Assembly (NCBI GenBank): GCA_009836625.1
Contig: VXVC01000009.1
Span: forward strand, 29,723 to 93,722
From: Holophagales bacterium
GTDB lineage: Bacteria > Acidobacteriota > Thermoanaerobaculia > Multivoradales > Multivoraceae
Direction of reading: 5' to 3'
Length of the DNA: 64,000 nucleotides
In this document: positions 27,591 to 37,194 of the stretch, piece by piece
Position numbering within the stretch: position 1 is the first letter of the stretch
Layout of the letters: every line of letters begins with the position of its first letter
Made by a program: the position numbers and the translations under genes
The notes under the pieces: model-generated
Databases searched by the model: none
Seen by the model: the letters and a program-made list of their open reading frames with translations, nothing else
What the model was told of the DNA's origin: nothing

Positions 27591-29411
27591 CTACAGGTAC
27601 CCCATCGCCTTCAGGCGCTCGATCTCCTGCCGCGTCCGCTCGACGTCCGTGCCGCCCACCGTATCGACCGGCTGCCACGCGTCGCGATACGTCGCAACGC
27701 GGCGCGACGAACCCGGGTCCGGCGGCGACTCGAACGCCCCGTCCAGCACCCTGCCCTCGGCATCCTCCGGCAGCGGCAGACCCAGCAGCGCCAGCATGGT
27801 CGGAAAGACGTCGAGGACGTGGCTGCTTTCCAGCCGGTGGCCGCGGCGGATGCCGGGACCGTACATCAGCAGGACGCCGTCCGGGCCGTGCCGGTGCTGG
27901 GTGTACAGCCGGTGGACGAAGGTCGGCGACTGACCGTGGTCCGAAGCGACAACGAAGACCGTCTCCGGACCCAGGGCCCGGCGCAGTTCGCCGACCAGGC
28001 CGTCGATCCGCCGGTAGACGTCGGCCACCGCCTCCCCATGCTCCTCGATGCCCGCCCGCGAGACGAACGGGAACAGCTCCGGCTCGGCCCAGCGCCAGCG
28101 CTGGTGCGAGATGGTGTCCGGTTCATGGGTGTAGAGGTTGAGGAAGCGCGGTGGCGGCTCACCCTGCCGGGAGCGGTGCTCCAGGAGGGCGATCACGGCC
28201 CGGTGCTGCCAGTCGAGGTCCGGCCGGCCGGCGGCCGCGTCCAGGACCTCCTGCGGCACATCCGGCGGCTGGGCAAACCACTCGAGCGTCGTGTCCGCCC
28301 CGCCGGCAGCCGCCTGCGTGTCGTTCAGGCCGTAGCCGAGGAGCCGGCTCGACGGCTCGAGCATCCGCTGGGCCGGGAACGAGTAGAAGTAGCCGTCGAC
28401 GACGACCGTCGGCAGGCCGGCGCGATCCGCGATCTCCCAGATCGGCGGCGACGCCAGGTCGAGCCGGTTCACGAAGCGCCGCGAGATCCCCGGCGCCCGG
28501 GCCACCAGGTCGATCAGCTCCTTGAAGCTCGTGCGGTGAACCGGAAACAGGCCGGCTCCCGAACCGGGAAAGCGAATCCGGTAGAAGTCGTGGACGCCGT
28601 GCCGCCGGGGCGTTTCGCCGGTGTAGATCGACGCCCAGATCACCGCGGAGTTGGCGTCGCTGATCGTCTCGAGTCGGCTCGAGGTGCCCTCGCGGACGAA
28701 CTCGGCCAGGTTCGGCAGCTCGCCGTCGTCGATCAGATCCTGGAGCATGTCGGGGTCCACCCCGTCGAAGCCCAGCAGGGCCACCGGCGGCCCGTCGGCG
28801 GCGACCAGCGCCGTCGGGTCGAAGGACGCCGTCCTTTCCTCCGGAGCGAGCCGGAACGCGATCGGCAGCACCACGTGGACCGCGACCAGGGCCAGCGCGA
28901 GTCCGCCCACAAGACGCGGCAGTAGACCGTCGGCGAGACGAGCGACCCGAGCCCCCAGCGCCCGGGTGACGATCCAGATGGCCGCACCCGCCAGAACGCC
29001 GGCCACGGCAAGAAACAGCGCCATGCTCCAGAAGCCGGCGGGCGTGAACCAGGGGATCTGGCCGTAGGTCAGGCCGTAGAACAGAACGAGTTCGAGGAAG
29101 ACGAGGTTGAACAGGCAGGCGGCGAGGACGACCGGGTTGCCCGCGGGCCGGCGGCGCAGTCGGGCGAGCGTCCGCAGCAGCAACCCCAGGCCGCCGAAGG
29201 CTGCGCCCGCCCAGATCCCGTAGAGCAACGCGAAGAGCAGGAGCGCGGCGACTCCGGCCACGGCGCTGTCCGTCCGGTTGTGCACCAGGTGCGCAAGCGA
29301 GATCGGGCCGCCGAACAGCAGCGCGCCGAACAGCAGACCCGCCGTCAGGTCGCGGCTGCAGGCGACCAGCAGTCCGCGAACGAAGGGAGCGGCGCCAGCA
29401 CGTTCGGCCAC
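27591..29411 (-). CDS. Membrane-anchored alkaline-phosphatase-superfamily (phosphodiesterase-like) protein
   Basis: About five N-terminal TM spans, ALLGFDGVD, SAVIWASIYTG, VASDHG and DVFPTMLALLG motifs. Confidence 0.8.
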   Translation of the reverse strand: MAERAGAAPFVRGLLVACSRDLTAGLLFGALLFGGPISLAHLVHNRTDSAVAGVAALLLFALLYGIWAGAAFGGLGLLLRTLARLRRRPAGNPVVLAACLFNLVFLELVLFYGLTYGQIPWFTPAGFWSMALFLAVAGVLAGAAIWIVTRALGARVARLADGLLPRLVGGLALALVAVHVVLPIAFRLAPEERTASFDPTALVAADGPPVALLGFDGVDPDMLQDLIDDGELPNLAEFVREGTSSRLETISDANSAVIWASIYTGETPRRHGVHDFYRIRFPGSGAGLFPVHRTSFKELIDLVARAPGISRRFVNRLDLASPPIWEIADRAGLPTVVVDGYFYSFPAQRMLEPSSRLLGYGLNDTQAAAGGADTTLEWFAQPPDVPQEVLDAAAGRPDLDWQHRAVIALLEHRSRQGEPPPRFLNLYTHEPDTISHQRWRWAEPELFPFVSRAGIEEHGEAVADVYRRIDGLVGELRRALGPETVFVVASDHGQSPTFVHRLYTQHRHGPDGVLLMYGPGIRRGHRLESSHVLDVFPTMLALLGLPLPEDAEGRVLDGAFESPPDPGSSRRVATYRDAWQPVDTVGGTDVERTRQEIERLKAMGYL

Positions 29412-29507
29412 GGCCCGGGATGATACGGCAGCCCGTCGCTGCTAGGGTCGCGCTCCCCGTGTCGGCGCGATGCGGGCCGAACCGCGAGTTGCCTGAAGGA
29501 ACCGGAC

Positions 29508-30854
29508 ATGGCGAACGTAGCCGTCGTCGGCATGCAGTGGGGCGACGAGGGCAAGGGGAAGATCATCGATCTTCTCTGCCCAGCCTTCGATGCCGTGGTG
29601 CGCTTCCAGGGCGGCAACAACGCCGGCCACACGGTGAAGTTCGGCAGCGGTGAGGGCGACGAGCACTTCGCCCTGCACCTGATCCCCTCCGGCATCCTGC
29701 ACGAGGGGGTGGCCTGCTACCTCGGCAACGGCATGGTGATCAACCCGGACGCCTTTCTCGCCGAGGTCGCCCAACTGGAACAACGCGGCATCAAAACCGC
29801 CGGCCGGCTGCGGCTTTCCGACCGGGCGCATGCCCTGACGCCGGTCCACGTGGCCCTCGACATCGTCCGCGAGGAGGCGCGGGGGGCGGACCGCATCGGC
29901 ACCACCGCCAAGGGCATCGGCCCGGCCTACGAGAGCAAGATCGGCCGCACCGGCATCCGCCTGGCGGAACTCGTCGCCGGCGGCGAGGCGATGAGGAACC
30001 GGCAGATCGTGCGGGTCGCGGACTTCGAGCGCCCGGCCGCCGAGGGCGCCGAGCTCGACCCCGAAGCCGCCGCGGCCGACTTCACCCGCTGGGCCGAGAG
30101 CCTGTCCCCCTACCTGTGCGACCTGTCGGTCGAACTGGACGATCTGATGCGCAGCGGCGGCACCATCCTGTTCGAGGGCGCGCAGGGCGCGCTGCTCGAC
30201 GTCGACCACGGGACCTACCCCTACGTGACGAGCTCGAACTCGACGACCGGCGGCGCCGCGACCGGCAGCGGCGTGCCGCCGATGGCGATCGGCGGCGCGA
30301 TCGGCGTCGTCAAGGCGTACACGACCCGGGTCGGCGAGGGCCCGATGCCCACCGAGCTGCTCGACGACGTCGGGAGCCACCTGCGGGACCGCGGACACGA
30401 GTTCGGCACGACGACCGGCCGGCCCCGGCGCTGCGGCTGGCTCGATCTGGTCGTCCTGCGCCACGCGAGCCGCGTCAACGGGGCGCGCTGTCTGGCGCTG
30501 ACGAAGATCGACGTGCTCGACGAGCTCGAAGAGCTCAGGGTCTGCGTCGCCTACCGCATCGGCGGTGAGGTTGTGCAGAACCTGCCGGCGGTGACCGACC
30601 GGCTGGAAGCCGCCGAACCCGTCTACCGCACGTTCCCGGGGTGGAAGAAGGACACGCGCGGCGTGCTCGACCGGAGCGACCTGCCGCGGGCCGCGCTCGA
30701 CTACATCGATTTCCTGGAACAGGAACTCGAGGCCAGCGCGGATCTCATCTCGTCCGGCCCGAGGCGCGAGGAAACCGTGGTCAGCGGCGGTGGAGCGCTC
30801 GAGGGGTGGTTGGGGGAGCGGTTCGGGACGGTCCGGGCGGCGGTCGGCGAGTAG
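29508..30854 (+). CDS. purA: Adenylosuccinate synthetase
   Basis: GMQWGDEGKGK, RFQGGNNAGHT, EGAQG and EFGTTTGRPRRCGWLD motifs. Confidence 0.98.
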   Translation: MANVAVVGMQWGDEGKGKIIDLLCPAFDAVVRFQGGNNAGHTVKFGSGEGDEHFALHLIPSGILHEGVACYLGNGMVINPDAFLAEVAQLEQRGIKTAGRLRLSDRAHALTPVHVALDIVREEARGADRIGTTAKGIGPAYESKIGRTGIRLAELVAGGEAMRNRQIVRVADFERPAAEGAELDPEAAAADFTRWAESLSPYLCDLSVELDDLMRSGGTILFEGAQGALLDVDHGTYPYVTSSNSTTGGAATGSGVPPMAIGGAIGVVKAYTTRVGEGPMPTELLDDVGSHLRDRGHEFGTTTGRPRRCGWLDLVVLRHASRVNGARCLALTKIDVLDELEELRVCVAYRIGGEVVQNLPAVTDRLEAAEPVYRTFPGWKKDTRGVLDRSDLPRAALDYIDFLEQELEASADLISSGPRREETVVSGGGALEGWLGERFGTVRAAVGE

Positions 30855-30870
30855 AGCCTTATACTGCGCC

Positions 30871-30946
30871 GGGCCGTTAGCTCAGTTGGTAGAGCAGTGG
30901 ACTTTTAATCCAAGGGTCGGGGGTTCGATCCCCTCACGGCCCACCA
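30871..30946 (+). tRNA. tRNA-Lys (TTT)
   Basis: Cloverleaf GGGCCGT...TGGA-CT-TTT-AA-TCCA...GGTTCGATCC...ACGGCCC-A-CCA, with TATACT 5 nt upstream. Confidence 0.97.
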
Positions 30947-30977
30947 CGGCGAACCCCTGCGCCAGAGGAGTCTCAGC

Positions 30978-32357
30978 ATGCGAGTCACTTCGACCACCGC
31001 ACTGATCTTCGTTGGCGCGCTCACCGCGACGTTGGCGGCGCCGGCGACGGCCGGCGCCGACGACCGCGGCGCCCTGCTCACACGAATCGACGGACTCGTC
31101 TCCGACTCGATGGAGGCGACGCAGACGCCCGGCGTCTCCGTGGCGATCCAGTACCGCGGCGAGCTGATCCTCGCCCGGGGCTACGGTCTGGCCGACGTCG
31201 AGAACCGGGTGCCGGCGACCGAGCACACGGTCTACCGCATCGGTTCGGTCACCAAGCAGTTCACCGCCGCGGCGGTGATGAAGCTGGTCGAGGAAGGGAA
31301 GGTCGCCCTCGACGACCCGATGACGAAGTACTTCCCCGACTATCCGGTCGGCGAGTTCCACATCACGGTAGGCCAGTTGCTCGATCACACCAGCGGCATC
31401 AAGGGCTACACCGAGATGCCGGCGTTCTGGGAGAAGGGCCGGCTCGACCTCTCGCACGAGCAGATGATCGAGCTGTTCTCGACCGTGCCGTACGAGTTCG
31501 AACCGGGCGACCGCTACCAGTACAACAACTCCGGCTACTACCTGGCGGGCCTGCTGGTCGAGAAGGCGAGCGGCAAGTCGTACGCGGAGTACCTCGAGGA
31601 GACGTTCTTCCGGCCGCTCGGGATGCGGGAGTCGCACTACCTCTACAACGACCCGATCGTGCCCAACCGCGCGGAGGGCTACCGGGTCGAGGACGGCGTC
31701 CTGCTGAACGACCAGCCGCTGTCCATGCACCTGCCGTTCGCGGCCGGAGCCCTCGGCTCCAGCGTCCTCGACCTGGTGCGCTGGATGGTGGCGCTCGGCG
31801 CCGGCGACGTCGTCGGGCCGGACGGGCTCGACGCGATGACGACCCGGCGACGCCTGCCCCGCGGCGAGGAGATCGGCTACGGCCTCGGCCTGTTCGTCGG
31901 CGAGATGGCCGGCCACCGACTGATCGAGCACGCCGGCGGCATCAACGGCTTCCTGAGCCAGCTCGCGTGGTACCCCGACGACGATCTGATCGTCGCCGTG
32001 CTCGCGAACAGCGGCTCCGCCGAACCCGGACCCCTGCAGGCCCGGATCGCGCGCGCGGTGCTGGGCGTGCCGGAACCGGATTACGCTCCGGTCGCGCTCG
32101 AAGAGGAAGAGCTCGAGCGCTACGCCGGCATCTACGACTTCGGCCGCAACCCCCTCCCCGTGCAGATCAAGGACGGCAAGCTCCAGATCTTCGGCAGGGA
32201 AACCGTGCCGATCGGCGAGCACCGCTTCGTCGGCACCCGGAACCAGGACCAGGTGGCGGTCTTCGAGGTCGATTCGGAGACGGGCGTAGCCACCCACCTC
32301 CGACTCGAACGCTGGGGTCAGGTGCAGCGCGGGCAACGGTCCGGCGGCGGTCCGTAG
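30978..32357 (+). CDS. Secreted serine hydrolase (beta-lactamase class C / D-aminopeptidase family)
   Basis: SxxK (IGSVTK), YxN (YQYNNSGY) and HAGG motifs, with a signal peptide. Confidence 0.9.
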   Translation: MRVTSTTALIFVGALTATLAAPATAGADDRGALLTRIDGLVSDSMEATQTPGVSVAIQYRGELILARGYGLADVENRVPATEHTVYRIGSVTKQFTAAAVMKLVEEGKVALDDPMTKYFPDYPVGEFHITVGQLLDHTSGIKGYTEMPAFWEKGRLDLSHEQMIELFSTVPYEFEPGDRYQYNNSGYYLAGLLVEKASGKSYAEYLEETFFRPLGMRESHYLYNDPIVPNRAEGYRVEDGVLLNDQPLSMHLPFAAGALGSSVLDLVRWMVALGAGDVVGPDGLDAMTTRRRLPRGEEIGYGLGLFVGEMAGHRLIEHAGGINGFLSQLAWYPDDDLIVAVLANSGSAEPGPLQARIARAVLGVPEPDYAPVALEEEELERYAGIYDFGRNPLPVQIKDGKLQIFGRETVPIGEHRFVGTRNQDQVAVFEVDSETGVATHLRLERWGQVQRGQRSGGGP

Positions 32358-32428
32358 AGAAAGCGCCGCCCAGTCGGGGGCCGTAACGGGCTGCGCAAAA
32401 TAGAAATCTGTTTCTATAATGCAAGGCC

Positions 32429-33592
32429 ATGCTTGACCGCCTGATCCGACCAGCGCTCCTGCGCCGGCTCCAAACGACGCCCGCCGCGGCCCTCGTGGGC
32501 CCGCGCCAGGCCGGCAAGACGACGTTGGCGCGATCGCTCAGTTCGGTGTACTACGACCTGGAGCTGGAGACGGAGCGCCTCCGGCTCGACCTCGACTGGC
32601 CTCAGATCGAACAGGAGCAGCGGCTTGTCGTTCTGGACGAAGCCCAGGCCTGGCCCGAGGTCTTCCCCCGGCTGCGAGCGGCAATCGATGGCGATCGCCC
32701 ACGGAACGGCCGGTTCCTCCTGCTCGGCTCCGTTTCGCCGGCCCTGATGCACCAGGTGTCGGAGTCTCTCGCCGGTCGGCTCGCGCTGATCGAGTTGACG
32801 CCGCTCTTGTGGCGCGAGCTGCCGTCGGACGTCGAGCAGAACCGGCGGTGGCTGTGCGGCGGCTTCCCGGATGGCGGCGTTCTGACGCGAAGCGCCTATC
32901 CCCAATGGCAGCGCGACTATCTGGCCCTGCTGGTACAGCGCGACCTGCCGACCTGGGGGCTGCCGAGCCGACCGCAGGTGACGGAGCGACTGCTGCGAAT
33001 GCTCGCCGCGAGCAACGGGCAAACGTGGAATGCCTCGAAGATCGGCCAGAGCCTCGGGCTGAGCTACCACACCGTGAACTCGTACACGGACTACCTGACC
33101 GGCGCCTTCGTGGTCCGGCTGCTCCCACCGTTCGAGCCGAATGTGCGCAAACGCGTGACAAGGAGCCCGAAGCTGCACTGGCGCGACAGCGGCCTCCTCC
33201 ACGCCGTCCTTCAGGTTCCGGATCAGCAGTCTCTTCTGAGCCAACCCTGGGTCGGAGCCAGTTGGGAGAGCTTCGTCGCGGAGCAGACACTTGGCCTGTT
33301 GGCAGCTCTCGGTCCGGCCCACGCCGGCTACCACTTTCGGGCCGGCGACAGGAATGAGATCGACCTCGTGCTGGAGATCGACGGAGAGGTCTGGGCAATC
33401 GAGTCGAAGCTCACGACTTCGCCGAGCCCGCACGACCTGGCTCGACTCGACCGGTCGGCCGAACTGATCGGCGCCGGCCGGCGGTTTCTGGTTTCCCAGA
33501 CGCCGGTCCCAGGCGGGGACGACAGCCGTGCCTCGCACAACCTCGCTTCGTTCTCGCGCTGGCTCTTCGAGCGATTCGGGCACCGGCCCTAG
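32429..33592 (+). CDS. ATP-binding protein (AAA_14-like ATPase plus DUF4143-like nuclease domain)
   Basis: Walker A GPRQAGKT, Walker B LDEAQ, LLGS, SPKLHWRDSGL and EIDLVL...AIESK. Confidence 0.88.
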   Translation: MLDRLIRPALLRRLQTTPAAALVGPRQAGKTTLARSLSSVYYDLELETERLRLDLDWPQIEQEQRLVVLDEAQAWPEVFPRLRAAIDGDRPRNGRFLLLGSVSPALMHQVSESLAGRLALIELTPLLWRELPSDVEQNRRWLCGGFPDGGVLTRSAYPQWQRDYLALLVQRDLPTWGLPSRPQVTERLLRMLAASNGQTWNASKIGQSLGLSYHTVNSYTDYLTGAFVVRLLPPFEPNVRKRVTRSPKLHWRDSGLLHAVLQVPDQQSLLSQPWVGASWESFVAEQTLGLLAALGPAHAGYHFRAGDRNEIDLVLEIDGEVWAIESKLTTSPSPHDLARLDRSAELIGAGRRFLVSQTPVPGGDDSRASHNLASFSRWLFERFGHRP

Positions 33593-33651
33593 CCCGCCAG
33601 CGCGGCCAACACTCCTGGATGCGCCGCTCGGTGGCAGTACGATTGGCCGCC

Positions 33652-35688
33652 ATGCGATCCGATCGAAGGGCCTTGTCCTACGCCGCACCGCTGACCGCGG
33701 CGCTGCTGCTCGCCGCCTGCGGTCCCACCGACGAAGACTGGCCCGTCTACCTCGGCGACTCGGGCCGCGGGCACTACAGCCCGCTCACCGGGATCGACCG
33801 CGACAACGTCGGCCAGCTCAAGGTCGCGTGGGTCTACGACGCGGGAGAGCCGCGGGGCCCCGGCGCCACGATGTACACGAGCCCCCTGGTCGTCGACGGC
33901 GTGCTCTACGCGCTCTCGCCCCATCTCGACGCCTTCGCACTCGACGCGGCGACCGGCGAGGAGATCTGGCGCACGAACCTCGAGCTTTCCGGTAACGCCC
34001 AGCGGGGGCTCATGTGGTGGGAAGACGGCGCCGACCGGCGGCTCTTCTACACGCACGGCAAGGACCTGATCGCGCTCGACGCCGCCGACGGCAGTCTGGT
34101 CGAGAGCTTCGGCGACGGCGGCCTGGTCGACCTGACGCCGGACGTCGACCGGGCCGGCGTCCTCTTCGTCACCGTGCCGGGCGTGGTCTTCGAGGACAAG
34201 CTGATCCTCGGCTTCTCGACCAACGAGGACGCCAACGCGTTCCCGGGTTCGATCCGGGCGTTCAGCGCGGTCGACGGCAGCCTGGTCTGGCAGTTCGACA
34301 CGATTCCGAAGCCCGGCGACACCGGCTCCGAGACCTGGGCCGAAGGCTCGCTCGAGCGCGCCGGCGGCGCGAACGTCTGGACCGGCATGGCCCTGGACGA
34401 AGAGCGCGGCATCGTGTTCGCGCCGACCGGGTCGGCGACTCCCGACTTCTACGGCGCGAGCCGTCCCGGCGACAACCTGTTCTCCGACTCCCTGGTCGCG
34501 GTGGACGCGCGCACCGGCGAACTCAGGTGGCACTTCCAGGTCGTACGCCACGACCTGTGGGACAAGGACAACCCGTCCCCGCCGACCCTGGTCCAGCTCG
34601 AGCGCGACGGCCGCACGATCGACGCGGTAGCGATCACGACGAAGACGGGGCAGCTCTACGTGTTCGACCGCGAGACCGGCGAGTCGATGTACCCGATCCA
34701 CGAGATCGAGACGCCGATACCGAGCACGCTGCCGGGCGAGGTGACGTCGCCGACGCAGCCGATGTCGGAGGTGGTCATCAGCCGGCAGGACTTCGAGATC
34801 ACGAACCGCACCCCGGAGGCGCGCGCGTTCGTCGAGGAGCGAATCAGGGACTGGGACTTGCGGCCCTGGGCGCCGCCGAAGGTCGGCACCGTCCTCTTCA
34901 CGCCGTGGTACGACGGCGGCGGCGAGTGGGGCGGCTCGGCGTTCGATCCGAACGCGGGCCACCTGATCGTCAACGCGAACGACGTCGCCGGCATCCTGGA
35001 ACTCACCGAGGTGCCGGCCGGCTTCAGCCGGTACGGCACCTACGCGCTCCACTGCGGCCGTTGCCATGGGATGAAGCTCGAGGGCACCGACATGGGCGGC
35101 CCCCTGCTCGGCGTCGGCGACCGCCTGTCGCGCGACGAGATGCGCCGGATCATCCGCGAGGGCAGCGGCCGGATGGAGGGTTTCGCGCACCTCAACCGGA
35201 TCGAACTGGGCGCCATCGAGGCCTACATCCTGTCGCCGGAGCCGGAAGAGGACGAGCCCAGGGGCGAGGTCGCCTACGCGCTCGGCGGCTACATCTACCT
35301 GCGCGATCACGAGAACCTGCCCGGCAACTCGCCGCCCTGGGGGACACTCAACTCGATCGACCTCGCCACCGGCGAGATCGCCTGGAAGGTCCCCTTCGGC
35401 GACTATCCCTCGCACCCCGGGCTCGGCTTCGGCGCCGTGAACTACGGCGGGCCGGTGGTCACGGCATCCGGCCTCATCTTCATCGGGGCGACGCCGGACG
35501 AGATGTTCCGCGCCTACGACACGCGGAACGGCGAGATCCTCTGGGAGACGAAGCTGTCGGCCGCGGGCTACGCGACCCCCGCCGTCTACAGCGTGGACGG
35601 CAAGCAGTACGTCGTGATCGCCGCCGGCGGCGGGCGGACCGGCGGGCCGTCCGGGGGCGAGTACATCGCGTTCAGCCTGCCCGACTGA
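33652..35688 (+). CDS. PQQ-dependent dehydrogenase (glucose/quinate type) with an internal c-type cytochrome
   Basis: Lipobox LAAC, PQQ propeller motifs (GGANVW, HDLWD, YGGPVVTASGLIF, GYATP) and CxxCH (CGRCH). Start set at ATG 33652. Confidence 0.9.
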   Translation: MRSDRRALSYAAPLTAALLLAACGPTDEDWPVYLGDSGRGHYSPLTGIDRDNVGQLKVAWVYDAGEPRGPGATMYTSPLVVDGVLYALSPHLDAFALDAATGEEIWRTNLELSGNAQRGLMWWEDGADRRLFYTHGKDLIALDAADGSLVESFGDGGLVDLTPDVDRAGVLFVTVPGVVFEDKLILGFSTNEDANAFPGSIRAFSAVDGSLVWQFDTIPKPGDTGSETWAEGSLERAGGANVWTGMALDEERGIVFAPTGSATPDFYGASRPGDNLFSDSLVAVDARTGELRWHFQVVRHDLWDKDNPSPPTLVQLERDGRTIDAVAITTKTGQLYVFDRETGESMYPIHEIETPIPSTLPGEVTSPTQPMSEVVISRQDFEITNRTPEARAFVEERIRDWDLRPWAPPKVGTVLFTPWYDGGGEWGGSAFDPNAGHLIVNANDVAGILELTEVPAGFSRYGTYALHCGRCHGMKLEGTDMGGPLLGVGDRLSRDEMRRIIREGSGRMEGFAHLNRIELGAIEAYILSPEPEEDEPRGEVAYALGGYIYLRDHENLPGNSPPWGTLNSIDLATGEIAWKVPFGDYPSHPGLGFGAVNYGGPVVTASGLIFIGATPDEMFRAYDTRNGEILWETKLSAAGYATPAVYSVDGKQYVVIAAGGGRTGGPSGGEYIAFSLPD

Positions 35689-35786
35689 CTGAGAGTCTCC
35701 ACTGGGTGCGCCGGCGTAGGCGGCCAAGCAGACGCGTCGGCCGCAAGGCCGACACTTCCATGGCAGCCGCTCTCGGCATAAATCTA

Positions 35787-35815
35787 TTGCGTCCGGGGAA
35801 AAATACGGCTAGTTT
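35787..35815 (+). promoter_or_regulatory. Sigma70 promoter, leaderless, for the second AAA/DUF4143 gene
   Basis: TTGCGT (35787-35792), N17, TAGTTT (35810-35815), then 6 nt to ATG 35822. Confidence 0.6.
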
Positions 35816-35821
35816 ACCCGC

Positions 35822-36979
35822 ATGTACGACCGACTGCTGGCTCCGGTTCTGCTCTCATCGCAGCGCAGCGCCCTTGTTCTCGGTCCCCGCCAGGTGGGCA
35901 AATCGACTCTGCTGGCCGCGCTCGAGCCGGACCTGGTCGTCAACCTGGCTGAACCGGGCGCGTTCCGGGGCTACGTAGCAGAGCCCGAACGGCTGTCCCG
36001 GGAGTTGGCCGTCGCGCCCCCGGACACGACGACGGTGTTCCTGGACGAGGTACAGCGAGTTCCGGCTCTGCTCGATGCCGTGCAGGTGCTCCTCGACCAG
36101 AGGCCGCCCCGCTTCCGCTTCCTGCTGTCCGGATCGAGCGCCCGCAAGCTACGCCGCGGACAGGCCAACCTGCTGCCCGGCCGGATCCACGTCCACTACA
36201 TGCATCCACTGCTTGTCGCGGAACTCGGTTCAGACTTCGACCTGGACCGGGTGCTGGCCCACGGCAGTCTGCCGGGCATCTACTCGGAGGCGGACGACGC
36301 GACCCGCGCGCTCGACCTTCGGAGTTATGTCGATACCTACCTGCGCGCCGAGATCCAGGCCGAGGCACTCGTCCGCGACGTCGGCGGCTTTGCCCGCCTG
36401 CTTGACCTGGCGGCGGCCGCATCGGGCCGCATCCTGAACCTGAACTCGCTGTGCAAGGACGCCGGCATCTCCTACGAGACCGCGCGGCGATATCTGGATG
36501 TCCTCGAGGACACTCTGGTCGCCTTCCGCGTCCCCGCGTGGAGCGGCTCGGACCGATCGTCGCTGGTCCGCCACGGCAAGCTCTTCCTGTTCGATCTAGG
36601 CGTGCGGAATGCCCTGCTCCGCCGGCCGCTGGATCGTCCGCTCGACGACGAGCGAGGCCTGCTGCTCGAGCACCTCGTGGCCTACGAGCTGCAACGCCGG
36701 CTCGGCACGCTATGGCCGGAGGCCGCCCTCTATCACTACCGAACCCGCCACGGCGCCGAGGTCGACTTCGTGCTGGAGGTGGGCCGCGAAGTCTGGGGGA
36801 TCGAAGTCAAGGCGAGTCGGCGTGCCGACCGCTCCGTGCTCCGCGGCTTCCGCTCGCTGGCCCAGCGGACCGACCGCCTGAAGCGCCGGCTCGTCGTCTA
36901 TCTGGGAGACCGGGCACAGCGGATCGAGGACGTGGAGGTGTTGCCGTTCGAGGAGTTCGCAGGGGCGTTGCCGGCGTAG
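35822..36979 (+). CDS. ATP-binding protein (AAA_14-like ATPase plus DUF4143-like domain), second paralog
   Basis: GPRQVGKS, FLDEVQ, LLSGSSA, KLFLFDLG and EVDFVL...IEVK motifs. Confidence 0.9.
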   Translation: MYDRLLAPVLLSSQRSALVLGPRQVGKSTLLAALEPDLVVNLAEPGAFRGYVAEPERLSRELAVAPPDTTTVFLDEVQRVPALLDAVQVLLDQRPPRFRFLLSGSSARKLRRGQANLLPGRIHVHYMHPLLVAELGSDFDLDRVLAHGSLPGIYSEADDATRALDLRSYVDTYLRAEIQAEALVRDVGGFARLLDLAAAASGRILNLNSLCKDAGISYETARRYLDVLEDTLVAFRVPAWSGSDRSSLVRHGKLFLFDLGVRNALLRRPLDRPLDDERGLLLEHLVAYELQRRLGTLWPEAALYHYRTRHGAEVDFVLEVGREVWGIEVKASRRADRSVLRGFRSLAQRTDRLKRRLVVYLGDRAQRIEDVEVLPFEEFAGALPA

Positions 36980-37013
36980 GAAGGAGCCGGCCTCGCGGCC
37001 GGCGCGTGTTTCC

Positions 37014-37128
37014 GGCCGCCTTCGGCGGCGGCGGGTCAGAAGACCCGCGCACCCAGAGCCACGGTGTCGTCATCGGCGAAATGCCCCGGAACGGATGTCC
37101 CTCTGGGTACGCGGGTCTTCTGACCCGC
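37014..37128. repeat. REP/BIME-like element with two inverted copies of GCGGGTCAGAAGACCCGC
   Basis: 28-bp inverted repeat 37031-37058 / 37101-37128 with one mismatch. Each arm is itself a hairpin. A related copy is at 61711-61760. Confidence 0.75.
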
Positions 37129-37194
37129 TCAGGGGCGGAGCCGCGAAGCGGCGCAGCCCCAGGAACACAGCCGCCGGCCAACGGCCGGCGACCC

